A stretch of 64,000 nucleotides of DNA, taken from Hyaloraphidium curvatum SAG 235-1. Taxonomy: Eukaryota > Fungi > Monoblepharomycota. The stretch is taken from the NCBI GenBank assembly GCA_025558095.1, contig JAIVFI010000015.1, positions 62,001-126,000 of the forward strand. The letters are read 5' to 3'. Positions 11,222 to 22,606 of the stretch are shown here, piece after piece (the first letter of the stretch is position 1; each line of letters starts with the position of its first letter). The notes beneath the pieces were generated by a model. That model was not told where the DNA came from and searched no databases. It was given only the letters and a program-made list of their open reading frames with translations. The position numbers and the translations under genes were made by a program.

Positions 11222-12181
11222 TCACTTGCCCGGCGCAGGATCGGTACGGGGCACGCAAACCTTCTTGTGCGCCGGCCAGTCCCTGCGCTGGCACGCCTCG
11301 GAGCAGTACGTGGCGGCCTTGCAGCGCGAGCACCGACGGAAGCGTTCCACGCCCGGCTCCAAGGCTCGAACGCCGCAGTTTGCCCAGCAGCGGCGGAGCA
11401 TCGTGTAAGCTTTGTCCTCACTCGCCGCGTTCATGCGCTTGGAAAGCGCCCTGCACCGCCTTTCGATCTCGGTTCGCACGGGTTGCACATCGGGAAGAAG
11501 TCCGTGCAGAAGGTCCAGGGCCATGTTTCGGTGCCGAAGGAGTATAGGAAGTAGAATCCAGCAGATACCCCTCCGCACACGATGCAGGCGAGGTCGGCGG
11601 TGAAGAAGCGAGCGAAGCCTTCGAAGAGGGCGAGCTGCGAGGCCGGCTCGAACGCAGCGAGCGTGCTTCGCGTTTCGAGGTCCACGAGATCTCCCGACAG
11701 CTGCATCTGGCGTAGGACGTGCTTGTCTGCGAAGCTCGGGTCCATGCCTTCGGGAAAGGAGGTGCAGAGGCGGAGATCCAAGTCGAGGGGTGCCATTTCG
11801 AGCCTCCGCAGGGGCAACCCGAAAGTTTCGGACGTCTTGACGTTGAGAAAAAGGTTCGCAGCATGAAGGCAGGTCTCGCTGTTGCAGACGGGCACCACCA
11901 TGACGCCGAAAGGAACCTCGTCGTCCTCGTTCTCGAAGCGCACGGCCATCGGCAGCTGTGTCGGACGTGGTTGCCGGCACGAGTGGCATTTTTTCATGAG
12001 CCTGGATGCCTCTCGTTGGGCGAGGGTGGGCCACTCCGGACTTGGCGTACGACCCCTCCCTTGCCTTGCGCGCGTCCGCGTCCCGAGCCGCGCCGGCAAG
12101 CAGCGGAAGGCGGCCGACCTCGTAAAGCGGCTTTTCTGCCGTGCCGTCGTGTATCAGAATGCCGATGGAAACGGTCTCCAT
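11222..12181 (-). pseudogene. MYND zinc-finger protein with an apparent frameshift
   Basis: C-terminal CSRCKAATYCSEACQRRDWPAHKKVC. The upstream body (ORF 11431-12099) joins the MYND frame only through a 1-nt shift at about 11471-11472, with no intron there. Start uncertain. Confidence 0.55.
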
Positions 12182-12438
12182 TGCGCCGGAAAGGGGACGA
12201 TGAAGCGACGAGCGCGACAACCGATGACGTGGCCCAAATGAGACCAGCGATTCGACGAGGCATCTCAAAACCTCTCTCCCATTCTCGAGACTATGCGCGA
12301 AATACGAGTGGTCCACAAAGCACAGCTCACCAGCCTCTTCGCATTCGGATTGGCGTCCGCCATTCGCGAACCGCTGGAGGCTCTGTCACGCCCTCGACCA
12401 CCGAGTTCCTTGTAGCTTCAAGGCCGCCGCAGAGAGAG

Positions 12439-13137
12439 CTATCGTCCATCCCCCGGCGCGAGCTCGTCCACGATCGCCTGGAGCAGCGACATCGAAGCAT
12501 ACTCGTGGAAAAAGCGCGGCACAGCGTGGGCCATCGGTAGCGCGTCCCCCTTGGTCACGTCCTTCGCGTTCCACATCAGCGTCTCGGTCGAAAGCGTAAT
12601 ATTCCCGTCCCCCGCGTCCCTGATTCCGTACGTCAGGCACCCCGCGATTGCCCCGCCGTCACCAAAGGTGACCTCGGCCTTCGAGCCGTCCTCGGCCCGC
12701 GACGCCACCTTGTATATCTTGAGGATCGTGTCCCCGACCTCCATTCCCAAAGCCCTGACCTCCCCGGGAGTGGCAGCACCCAAAATCTCCGGCGGTTCGT
12801 TGCGGAACATGAACCGGAACATGCGGCCCTGCGGCAGGTCCACGAAGCCGGCCATCCCCGCGCGCATGACCCGCGACATCAGCTCGAAGCGGGGCACGTC
12901 GGGGAGCCGCGACGCCGGCACGCGGATTTCGTAGCCGTCGGAGAACACGCGGGCCGAGGGTTCGGAGGCGGCGGCGGGCACCGATGCGGGGCCGGGCGAG
13001 GCGGGGCCGATGGAGAAGCCGCGGTGCGCGACCGAGGCGGAGAGGCGGGAGAGGCGGAGGCGCATGTACGCGTACCCGCCGACGAGCGAGGCGGCGGTGG
13101 CGCCCGCGGCGAGGAGGAGGGCTGTCCGGGCGGACAT
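12439..13137 (-). CDS. Fungal-type hypothetical protein with an N-terminal membrane anchor
   Basis: ATG at 13137 (MSARTALLLAAG…), hydrophobic N-terminus, globular body ending RFFHEYASMSLL; coding-like codon usage. Confidence 0.65.
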   Translation of the reverse strand: MSARTALLLAAGATAASLVGGYAYMRLRLSRLSASVAHRGFSIGPASPGPASVPAAASEPSARVFSDGYEIRVPASRLPDVPRFELMSRVMRAGMAGFVDLPQGRMFRFMFRNEPPEILGAATPGEVRALGMEVGDTILKIYKVASRAEDGSKAEVTFGDGGAIAGCLTYGIRDAGDGNITLSTETLMWNAKDVTKGDALPMAHAVPRFFHEYASMSLLQAIVDELAPGDGR

Positions 13138-13998
13138 TGCGTTGTGACTCGTCGGGTCGGGTGGCGGCGGGGACGCTCGACCGGCCAGTAGTAGTGGCGG
13201 TTCTTCCGCCTGCCAATCGACGACGGAGCCCATAAGAGTGCAAGCAAAGCTGCTGGTTGGTGAAAGTTGATAGAAGAGCAAAAATGGTCGCCTGATACCC
13301 TTTCTCCCTCCGCGAGCTCGCTATCCGCGCGGCCTTTCTGGCTTCGCCCATGCTGCCCGGAAGCCACAGCACCCCATTTGCGGCGTCGCTCGAACGCGCT
13401 GGCGTGCCATCCCTCGCACACGATGGGCTGCGGGCGCCCAGCGGCCTGGACGAACGTTCGTCGGTCGCGTAGCTGGCGGTGAACTGGTGATTCGTGGCCC
13501 AAGTTGGTCCCGCCTGACCCCGGCAGCAATCTGTGACGGCATCCCCGACCCGCAACCCTCCACGACGTGGCAGGACGGGCTTGGTTGCACTGGTAGACTT
13601 ATGGCAACGCCGACGCGTCGTCTGGACGGTCGGCCACCGCCACGTTGTTTTGGTGGCGCTTATCTCTCGCGACGTGGCCGGTAAGCAGGTGGCGTGGAGG
13701 AGGCGCGGCCGGACGGGGCGGAAAAGTATGAACCGACGAAGCGCAATCAAACTCTTCCTCCGCCGCGGCAGCCGAGCGCGCCGGCCCGGCTTGCGTCGAG
13801 GTCCCGTTCGGGCCAGACCCGGAAACCGGGCGCAGCACGCCAGGCGGCGCGAGGACACCCTTGTTCCCGAGAAAACGCCACCGCAAACCCCCTGTCTTTC
13901 CCCCGTCGCCGGCCCCTCCCGCCGCCGAATTCCACTCCCCCGCACCGCCGCTTTCACCCCGCGGCCCGGCAACCCCGGCCGTCGCCGCCGGCAGAAGG

Positions 13999-15092
13999 AT
14001 GAACCGCACCGACCCCCACCACGCCCGGCGCTCGCGCCTCCTCGCCGAGCACCCCGGGATCAAATTCCTGGAAGGCCACGACGTGCGCACGGCGTGGTAT
14101 GTGGCGGCGCTGCTCGCCTGCTCGGCGGCCATGTGCCTCGCGGCGCACCGGTCCTGGGCCCTGGCCGTCGCGCTGGGCGTCACCGTCGGGCCGTACGTGG
14201 ACGCCGGGATCCTGGCCGCCATCCACGAGCTGTCGCACAATCTGTGCACGGGGAGCATTGCAAAGGACCGGCTGCTCGGGATGCTGGTCAACCTGCCGAT
14301 GCTGGTGCCGATTTCCGAGGTCTTCAGGCAGCACCACGCGGCGCACCATCTCAACCTCGGCCATCCGGTGCTGGACGTCGACACCCCTTTGCAGGTATGT
14401 ATTTCATGCTGGCGGTCCCTAGCGTTTGCTCACCCGGCGGCCCGCATGTGCAGTGGGAGATCGACCTCGTCGGCACATCCCGCCTCCGCAAAGCCCTCTG
14501 GCTCCTCCTCAACATGCTCATCCTCCCTCTCCGGAGCCTCTCTAAGCTCCCCGTCCGCTGGAACCGCTTCGTCCTCCTGAACTTCGCCACCTCCCTCTCC
14601 TGCCTCGCGATCTGCCTCTACTTCTCCCCCCGCGCGGCCACATGCCTCCTCCTCTCCCTCTTCTTCTCGCAGGGCGCGCACCCTGCCAACGCGCGCCAGC
14701 TGCAGGAGCACCTCTGGGACGGCCTGCCCTCGCGCGCCGTGGACGCACAGGGGGGTGCGGTGGCCACGTACAGCTACTACGGAACCTGGAACGCCTTCTT
14801 TCTCAACGTGGGATACCACCGGGAGCACCACGATTGCGCGAGGGTGCCGTGGACCAGGCTGCCCGAGCTGAAGAGGATGGGAGGGGAGGCGCACTACCCC
14901 GCGTCGGGCGGGCACGAGGGGAGGGGGTGGGGGGACCTGGCCAACTTCGTGTTCAACCGGGAGGTGGGGCTGGGCAACTTTTTCAACGCCGAGAGGGGGA
15001 AGGAAAGGGCCAGGACGGTGCGGGCATCGAAGGGCGCGGGGAGGGCGAGGAGCCCGGCGGCGATCGTGTCGGGCCGGGCGAAGGAGCAGTGA
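13999..15092 (+). CDS. DES1: Sphingolipid delta-4 desaturase
   Basis: N-terminal DPHHARRSRLLAEHPGIK; His boxes HELSH, HHAAHH and YHREHH. Intron 14395-14453. Confidence 0.85.
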
Positions 15093-15395
15093 TTCCCTGC
15101 AATTCTACAACATGCAGACATCTAGAGAGAAGAAACTGGGGACTGGATGGTCGGCGATAGATGACTATAGATGGCGACTGCGGAGATCGTTCGTTCAGGA
15201 GCCATGTCCTACATTGCACGCCCTACAAGTACAAGCAATCCGCACAGCATTCCGGAGCAGGCCAAGAAGAAGTCAGAACGAGCTGAAGTCAGAGACCAAG
15301 AGTCCAATCGGATCCACAGATGCGAGAGTTTCAGGTAGCAGGTGGGTTCTCGGGGCGCGTTGCTCGCCGCAAGAGTCTTACGCGGCGCCGTCCCG

Positions 15396-16551
15396 TCAGC
15401 ACGTCACGCCCGGTGCGCATTTGAGTTCCCCGGTGGACTCGTCAAAGACGACCAGCGTCCCCGTCGAATCGTCCGGGTCCTCCCAGGGCAGAGGGGCCAG
15501 GAAGGGGTGCAGCAGCGCCTCGTCGGCGGGCATGCGCTCGCGCGGGTTGTTGCGGAGCAGGCGCGAGACAAAGTCCAGGAACTTGGGGGAGGCCTGCGGG
15601 TATTTCGGGAAGGCGAAGGATCCCCTGCCGATCCGCGCGTAGAGCTGGAGGAAGTCGGTGCAGTCTTCGAAGGGCGTGCGGCCGAAGAAGAGCTCGTAGG
15701 CGACGATGCCCGCCGAGTAGGAGTCCACGCGGTGGTCGTAGATTTCGCCGCGGACAAGCTCCGGGGCGAGGTAGAAGGGCGTGCCGATGACAGTGCGCAG
15801 GCCAAAGGTTGAAGAAGCAACGTGGGAACCAGTGAAGTCGGCGAGGAAGACGGAGGATGGGTCGGCGAAGGAGCGGAGGAGGACATTTGGCGGCTTGACG
15901 TCGCGGTGAACGATGCCGTGCGAGTGCAGGTAGGCGAGGGCGCTGAAGATGCGCTCGGAGATGGTGCGGACCGTGTAGTCTGGGAGCAGGCCTCCTCGGG
16001 AAGCCAGGAAGGCGTGGAGGTCCTGGCGAGCCCGAAAAACGGTCAGAATGGGTGCAATGCAAAAGAAGAGATCCACTCACCCCCTCGCCCAGCTCCAGCA
16101 CGGTGTAGATCTTGGTGGAAGTTTCGAAGTACTCGAACATCCGGCACACGGAGGGGTGGCTCAGGGCCGCGATGGCCTTGAACCGGTCGCGAAGGGTCTT
16201 TGCCTGCCTCTGCCTCTCCAGCAGCACGTGCTCCGTGTCCTGTCTGTCGACTCCGGGGCCGAGGGCCGGCACCGGGCGGGCGACGACCTTGACGGCCACC
16301 AGCGCGCCGGTGTCGAGGTCCACGGCCGCCTTGACCTTCGCCTCGGAGCCGCGGCCGACCGTGCGGACCGCCCTCAGGCGGCGCCGGCGCGCCCTGCCGT
16401 GTGCGAATGCGGCGGCGATTTCGGCGAGCGCGTCGGCGGACGCGGTCGACGACGCGGCCGACGACGCGCGCGGGCGGCCCCCCGCGACCGGCGAGCCCTC
16501 CGGGGACGCGCAGTCCGTCGCCGAGGCGTCGTCCGGAATCGCGGGCAACAT
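15396..16551 (-). CDS. Atypical CAMK-like Ser/Thr kinase (DFTG)
   Basis: VGRGSEA, VAVK, HRDVKPPN, DFTG, GTPFYLAPE. Intron 16023-16080. Confidence 0.85.
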
Positions 16552-17383
16552 TGCTCGTCGGATATGCCAATAGCCGATCGCAAGTTCACTGGGGGGCAGC
16601 ACAGGGCCGTTTCCGAACCGGCTGAACGAAAGAAGGGGAGATTGACCCGCCCTGCCGCCCCGGGAGCATCCCGGGTAGCGTCCATGCAGGGAGCAAGTGG
16701 ATCATGGTAAAAGAGTGCTTTTGCCCCAAAATGGCTGCCTGTAGCCGGGCGCTCTCTCCTTTGGAAGGCGGTCGAAGCACAGCCGCGGGCCTGGACCCCC
16801 GGCCCCCTCAGATCCCCAGCTACCATACGGCCACCCGCCACACCCCCTTGGGCACAAATGGGGACAAGGATGTGCTTTGATTTGAGTACGGAGAGCCTAT
16901 TCCGCCCCGCGCCCGTGAGGAGCGGCTCCGGGAGCCTTCACAGTACGACCTTACTTGCAACCCGCCCGAGATCCCTTTGCGACCGGCCATTCGGCCGGCC
17001 CGATCTCCACCAACCGCAACGATCCGGGCGACCCCAGTAGGACAACGACCACCCTGCACCTTTCTCGACTCCGCAGCGCGCGGCGGACGCGCGCCGTGCA
17101 TCTGTCGTTGGCAATGGCGCCCCGATTGTCTCCCGCTCGCTGTCCCTCGACGGCCCCGCCGTCCCTTTCGGGCCAAAGGGACTTCAAGGACACCCATCTT
17201 GAGGAAGCCCAGAGCGTAGGGACGCAAGCTGCCCAGACTCGGTCCTGGTCCCCGATGGCCGGACGGAAGGGGTTGCGGCGGCTGATCGCCGAGGCAGGCA
17301 TGTCCGATTCGGCCCCAGGCCGCCTTTACAGCACCAGTTGCGCAGATCGACCCCCCCGATCCCGTCCACGGCATCCTCAATCA

Positions 17384-19798
17384 TCACCCGTAGGCCCCCA
17401 CCGTCCTCTTCCACCCGCACCTGCTTCCCCCACCCCCGCCCCCCACCGCGGCATACACCTTGCCCGCCCCCTCTGCGATCCCGCTCCAGTGGCCCCCCGC
17501 CTTCCCGATCTCCGCCTCCGCGAAACCCGATTTGAGCCTGCACACGCCCTTGGGGTCCGTGCACCACATCGTGCACGGCCCAAAGACGGGCTCCTCGTGC
17601 GGCGGGTTCATGGGCTTGGCCGTGCGGCCTCCGAACGCGGGGACGGGGCGGGAGAGGTCCAGCCGGGCGGGGGTGGAAAGGGCGGCGCAGGCGCGGAGGC
17701 AGGCGAGCGCGCGGGCGGCGTCCAGGGCCGCGCGCTTGGCGTGGCGGTCTGCCGGATCGAAGCCCGACGGAAAGTGCGCCGTGAGATTGTCGTGCGCGCG
17801 GGCGGGAAGCCAGTCCGGGCGGGAGGCCAGCGCCCCCCGGAGCTGCTCCAGCAGCTCGTCGTCGTAGACCGCCGGCGGCGAGTCCTCGGGGTGCGCCGAG
17901 AGCTCCAGGATGTCGTGGCCGCCGCGGTTGGTGTCCTTCTCCAGCGCCCCCTCGACCTCGGCGAGGCCCGTGGCGTTGGCCAGGGGAGGCCACAGGTCCG
18001 CGTTGACCACCACGCCCGCCGACTCGCGGTTGCCGAGCACGCCTGCAAAGTACCCGTGCAGCTCCGGGGTCAGGTGGTGGTACGACAGCACCGGATCGCA
18101 CGCGCGGCCGAACCCGTGCCACGCCGAATGCACGTCGATGTGCAGCCTCGCGCGCAGGTCGGCCGTGGTCTCCTGCCGGATGTTGGCCTCGTAGAGCCAC
18201 AGCGCCGTCTTTGCGTCCCCCCACTTGCACTCCATGGCGCGCTGCACCCCCGCCCGTCCGAACGGCAGCGCGCGGAGCAGCGCCGCGCGGTTGACGTAGA
18301 TCCCCGCGCCGCCCTGCGAGAACAGCAGGGGTGCGTCGTCCCCGGGCCTGGGCTCCCAGCTGCACCCCTGGAACCCGAACCCGCGACCGAGGTAGTGCGG
18401 CTTGCCGTCGGTGTGGAACCGCGCCATGTGCCGCGAGGTGCTGTCCAGCATCGGGAACGCGTCGTCGTCCACCATGACGTACCACGAGGCGTTGGGAAAG
18501 CGGTTGAAGAGCTCCGCGTAGCCGGGGATGTTCTTCCACGTGTCGGCCGCGCGGCCGGACAGGGTGCCGCCCTCGCCCCGCTTCCTGAGGCGGCGCCGGC
18601 GCTCGCCGCCCCTGCGGAGCCGCGCGCGGGCGGCCATCGCCTCCTCCCGCTGCTTGACGTACTTGGGCGCCAGCATCGCAAACCGCTCCTCGGCTTCCTT
18701 CTTCAGCCCGGCGAGCACACCCGGATCGTACGCATCCTCGTGCAGGACCCTGATCTCCGACGGCGGCCAGCTGTCGTTGGGCGGGAACAGCCTCCCCACG
18801 ACGTCGTACGCGCGCCACAGCCGCCCCCCCGTGCGGATGGTAAAGTCCTTGATCCCCGTGCCCGTGAGCGCCAGCCCCTCGGGCTGGTCCGCGAACTCGG
18901 CCTCGTACCCGGGCGCCACCTCGGAGAGGTTCAGGTCGCCGGTGTGGTCCGTGAAGAGGAGCACGTTGCAGAGGTCCCCGGCGTAGGTGTTGAGCACGGG
19001 GGGCAGGCGCCGGCGGGCGACGTAGCGGCCGGTTTTGATGGCCAGGGCGAGGGCGGGGAAGAGGCAGTTCGGATTCGGGGGGGAGGGTTCCTCCGCGACA
19101 GAAGGAGGAGGAGGAGGTGATAGTGGTGCAGGAGGTTGAGATGGAGGATGAGAGGGGGGGCCAGCTTCGTCGTCGGCCGCCTTCGAGGGCGAGGAGTCTT
19201 CCTTGGCCGGTGCCGGTCCACTCGGTTCCTCCTCCTTCCCAGCTCCTTCGGTCTCTCCTGATATCTCCGCAGGATCCTCCTTGAGTCCTTTCCCGTCCAC
19301 GTCGGGATCAACCCCCGCCCTCCCGTCCGCCGGCTGGTCCGCCACCGGCTTCGCGTCGATAGGCTCCGCGTCCGGGGGCGGCCCCGAGGGAACTTCCGGC
19401 GACTTCGGCTCCCACCCCTCGACCTTTGGCTTCCCCTCGAACGAAATCGACGCGTCTATCGCGCGCTGTCCCGGCTGAATCGCCGGAACCGCGGCGGACC
19501 CGTCCCCGTCCTTCCCGAACTGTTCCGAAAACGCCTTCCCGGCCCCGTCGTCCCCGACTTTGCCCGGGCCGACGGCCTCCAAAACCGCCTTTGTCCGCGA
19601 CTGCGCGAGATCCAGCTTGGCCGCCGCTGAATCTCCCTTTTCCGCGGCGCGGGCCGCGTCCGCGGTCCCGTCGCCGCCTTCCGGTGCCGGCCACGGTGGG
19701 CGCCACCACGCCGCGAGCAGGAAAAGGCACGCAGCGAGGCCGACAACCAGTCGCCGCGCGGCCCGGAAAGGCCGGGCGCGGGCAGCGGGCGGCGCCAT
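17384..19798 (-). CDS. GT31/Fringe-like glycosyltransferase with a C-terminal PAN/apple-like domain
   Basis: Type II TM, Pro/Glu-rich stem, AIKTG, WYVMVDDD, FSQGGAGI, WGD and SYHHL; C-terminal TNRGGHDI…CLRAC…CTMW…CRLKS. Intronless. Confidence 0.8.
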   Translation of the reverse strand: MAPPAARARPFRAARRLVVGLAACLFLLAAWWRPPWPAPEGGDGTADAARAAEKGDSAAAKLDLAQSRTKAVLEAVGPGKVGDDGAGKAFSEQFGKDGDGSAAVPAIQPGQRAIDASISFEGKPKVEGWEPKSPEVPSGPPPDAEPIDAKPVADQPADGRAGVDPDVDGKGLKEDPAEISGETEGAGKEEEPSGPAPAKEDSSPSKAADDEAGPPSHPPSQPPAPLSPPPPPSVAEEPSPPNPNCLFPALALAIKTGRYVARRRLPPVLNTYAGDLCNVLLFTDHTGDLNLSEVAPGYEAEFADQPEGLALTGTGIKDFTIRTGGRLWRAYDVVGRLFPPNDSWPPSEIRVLHEDAYDPGVLAGLKKEAEERFAMLAPKYVKQREEAMAARARLRRGGERRRRLRKRGEGGTLSGRAADTWKNIPGYAELFNRFPNASWYVMVDDDAFPMLDSTSRHMARFHTDGKPHYLGRGFGFQGCSWEPRPGDDAPLLFSQGGAGIYVNRAALLRALPFGRAGVQRAMECKWGDAKTALWLYEANIRQETTADLRARLHIDVHSAWHGFGRACDPVLSYHHLTPELHGYFAGVLGNRESAGVVVNADLWPPLANATGLAEVEGALEKDTNRGGHDILELSAHPEDSPPAVYDDELLEQLRGALASRPDWLPARAHDNLTAHFPSGFDPADRHAKRAALDAARALACLRACAALSTPARLDLSRPVPAFGGRTAKPMNPPHEEPVFGPCTMWCTDPKGVCRLKSGFAEAEIGKAGGHWSGIAEGAGKVYAAVGGGGGGSRCGWKRTVGAYG

Positions 19799-19890
19799 TG
19801 TGTGGACTCAGCCGGCGGCAACGCCCAGCGATCCTCAGGAGAGCTTTGCCATCTTCCTACATCTGCCCATCTGCACAAACCAGATCCACG

Positions 19891-21729
19891 CTATGCAGGC
19901 TTGCCTGCCTCTTCAGCGATCTTCTCCACCTCTTTCCCTCCATGCTGCCCCAATCCGACCAGCACCCCGCTCCCCGTCCGCCCCAGCGCCTCCAGCTGCG
20001 CCGGCATGTCGTCCCGGCTCCTCCACGGCTCCACCCGTGCCCGCGACGCCGTCCCCCTTACCACCGTCCACAGCAGCCCGCAAGAGGCAACCAGGTTGAT
20101 TCCCGCGAACATGGCGTAGAACCCGCCCGTTCCCATGGCCTCCTCGGCAGGGGCCGCGACGACAGGGATCCAGCAGGCAAAGAGGTACCTGATGAAGTTC
20201 AGGAGCGCGATGATCGAGGCCGCCTGCAGGCTGAAGATGTCGAGGAGGTAGCTGTTTGTCGACGTCGACACGAGCATCGACCCGAACCCCTGCACCGCGA
20301 GCCCCACGACGCCCCCGGCGATCGAGGGCGAGAACTGCGTGCACATCCCGTAGATCAGCAGGCCCGAAGGCACCGCCAGCAGGCCGAGGTAGCTCGACCG
20401 CAGCCGGTCCTCGGCAACCGGCAGGCCCCTGAGCGCCTTGAACCACTTGAACCCGCGGTCCGTGAGCTGTCCTCCGACCAGCGAGCCGAGGATGCTGCCG
20501 ACGCCCGTGGACATGAGCACCAGGCCGTTGCCGGCGGGAGAAAGGCCGTACTTGGTCGCGTAGATGCGCGGCAGCGTCGCGGGGATCGAAAAGGCGGCGA
20601 TGATGGATGCCACACCGTCGCACACCACGGCGAGCACGAAGGGGTACCGCAGGAAGGGCAGGGTGGAGAAGGGGTTGGGCCGGCGCTTGCGCTCCGTGCG
20701 CGGCGCCGTGACCGAGGGAAGCGTCTCGGGGAGGAACAACACCACGGGCACGAGGAAGGCGGCGCCGATGAAGGCTACCACGAGGAATATCCACCTCCAA
20801 CCCAGCGTGCTGGCGATGAGCCCGCCGATGGGCGGCGAGACGATCGGCCCGATGATCGCCCCCAGGAAGAGGATCCCCAGGGCGCGGCCGCGCTGCACGG
20901 GCGGGTAGACGTCCGCGACGCAGCCGCTCCCCACGGAGATCCCCGCCGACGAGCCGGCGGTGGCAAAGAGCCGCATGGCGAGGAGCCAGCCCACGTTGGG
21001 CACCCAGAAGGTGGCCACGTTGGCCGCGATGTTCAGGATGGTCGAGAGGATGAGCACCGGCCTGCGGCCGTAGAGGTCCGAGAAGGGCGCCCACATCATC
21101 GGGGCGACGCCAGTAACAAGCGCCCCCAAGGTGAGCGTGAGGTTGACCAGCGCGGCGGTGGTCCCCAGCTCCTCCTCGATCTGCGGCAGCGCGGGGGCGT
21201 ACATGGTCGCGGCAAAGGGACCCATGAGGGAGGAAAAGGTGGCGAGCACGAGGATGAGCGTCCGCGTGGCGGCGGAGAAGGGCCGCTGGAACGCCGGGCC
21301 GTAGCGGAAGGTCCACCGGGTGGGCAACGCGTGGGCTCCGGGAGCGGGTGCGCCTGGGGTCGGCGCGGTCGAAGAGGCGACAAAGGTCGACGACAGGCCG
21401 AGCTTGACGTCCCCGAGGTCCACCACTTCGTCTTCGCCCGTCGCTTCCAACCCTTCGAACGCTTCCACCTCGGCGTTCGGCGAGAGGCCGAGCTTTGTGT
21501 CACCCGCTTCCTGCTCGGCCGTCGACGTCAGCCCGCTGCCCGGCATTTCCGGCGTCTCCGCGGTCGAAGCCAGGCCGAGCTCCATGTCTCCCAAGCGCGC
21601 CACGGTGCCTCCGCCACTCGCTTTCGGGCCGGCCGGCGACTCCGGCGGTGCCTCGGCCACAGTCACAATATTCTCCGCGGCATTCGAAGAACGAATTCCC
21701 GGCGATTCGGAGACCGGCGGCCTCGACAT
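19891..21729 (-). CDS. MFS drug:H+ antiporter (DHA1-like)
   Basis: MYAPALPQI, WAPFSDLYGRRPV, VADVYPPVQRGRALG, LGWRWIF, LPETL; about 12 TM. Confidence 0.92.
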   Translation of the reverse strand: MSRPPVSESPGIRSSNAAENIVTVAEAPPESPAGPKASGGGTVARLGDMELGLASTAETPEMPGSGLTSTAEQEAGDTKLGLSPNAEVEAFEGLEATGEDEVVDLGDVKLGLSSTFVASSTAPTPGAPAPGAHALPTRWTFRYGPAFQRPFSAATRTLILVLATFSSLMGPFAATMYAPALPQIEEELGTTAALVNLTLTLGALVTGVAPMMWAPFSDLYGRRPVLILSTILNIAANVATFWVPNVGWLLAMRLFATAGSSAGISVGSGCVADVYPPVQRGRALGILFLGAIIGPIVSPPIGGLIASTLGWRWIFLVVAFIGAAFLVPVVLFLPETLPSVTAPRTERKRRPNPFSTLPFLRYPFVLAVVCDGVASIIAAFSIPATLPRIYATKYGLSPAGNGLVLMSTGVGSILGSLVGGQLTDRGFKWFKALRGLPVAEDRLRSSYLGLLAVPSGLLIYGMCTQFSPSIAGGVVGLAVQGFGSMLVSTSTNSYLLDIFSLQAASIIALLNFIRYLFACWIPVVAAPAEEAMGTGGFYAMFAGINLVASCGLLWTVVRGTASRARVEPWRSRDDMPAQLEALGRTGSGVLVGLGQHGGKEVEKIAEEAGKPA

Positions 21730-21823
21730 GGCAAGTCAGCACGGAGGAGACGACGCGTCAAAGTCCCTTGCCTGTTCTCGCCGCCAGAGTCCACCTCGCC
21801 TCAGCGGCCCTGCCGCTGCAAAC

Positions 21824-22606
21824 ATGGCCTCGGATTCCTCTAGCGAGCTTGCATTCCGCGAGGGCGTCGCGGTCGTGGCCGGCGGGAGCGGCGACCTCGG
21901 CGCCGCGATCTGCCTCGCCCTCGCGCGTTCGGGCTCGAACGTCGCATTCACGTACCGCTCGCGCAAAACGGCGGCCGAGGTGCTGCTGCAGAAGCTGGAA
22001 GCTCTCGGCGTGCGTGCTTTCGCGGAGCAGGTGGATCTCAGGGATTTCGCAGCCGTGGACGCGTTTGTCTCCCGCGCGCGGAGCGAGTTTGGGCGGATCC
22101 ATTCTGCGGTCTACGCGGCCGGCCCGCAGCTCAACACGGCCTTCCTTTCCGGCATATCCCCCGAGGAGTTCTCCTCCGTCGTGGACGCGGATGTCAAGGG
22201 GGCCTTCCACATCTTCCGCGCCGCCCTCCCCCACATGAAGCGCGACCGCGGCGGCGCGCTGCTGGCAATCACCACCACCTCCACGGGCCGCGTGCCCGTC
22301 AAGGAAATACTCTCGCCGCTGCCCAAGGCCGCGATCGAGATGATGGTCAAGGGAATCGCAAAGGAGGAGGCGCGGTACGGGATCAGGGCCAACTCGCTGG
22401 GGCCTGGGTGGATCAGCTCGTCGCTCCAGGAGCACGTGGCGAAACAGATGAGCAAGGAACAGTTCGATGGGCTGATCAGGGGGGTGCCGATGCGGAGGAT
22501 GGGAAGGCCGGAAGAGATCGCCGACGTGGCCGTCTTTCTGCTGTCGTCCAAGGCCAGCTACCTGACGGGGCAGACGATCGCGGTGGATGGTGGGCTCCAG
22601 CTTTAG
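21824..22606 (+). CDS. Short-chain dehydrogenase/reductase (FabG-like), intronless
   Basis: VAGGSGDLG, GIRANSLGPG, PMRRMGRPEEIA, SYLTGQTIAVDGG. The catalytic YxxxK is replaced by SPLPK. Confidence 0.9.
   Translation: MASDSSSELAFREGVAVVAGGSGDLGAAICLALARSGSNVAFTYRSRKTAAEVLLQKLEALGVRAFAEQVDLRDFAAVDAFVSRARSEFGRIHSAVYAAGPQLNTAFLSGISPEEFSSVVDADVKGAFHIFRAALPHMKRDRGGALLAITTTSTGRVPVKEILSPLPKAAIEMMVKGIAKEEARYGIRANSLGPGWISSSLQEHVAKQMSKEQFDGLIRGVPMRRMGRPEEIADVAVFLLSSKASYLTGQTIAVDGGLQL

Noticed and set aside
15378-15401. TGC-TGA at the kinase end as a possible Cys-Sec motif
   Set aside because: No SECIS-like element was visible downstream, the protein is not from a redox family, and the paralog lacks it.
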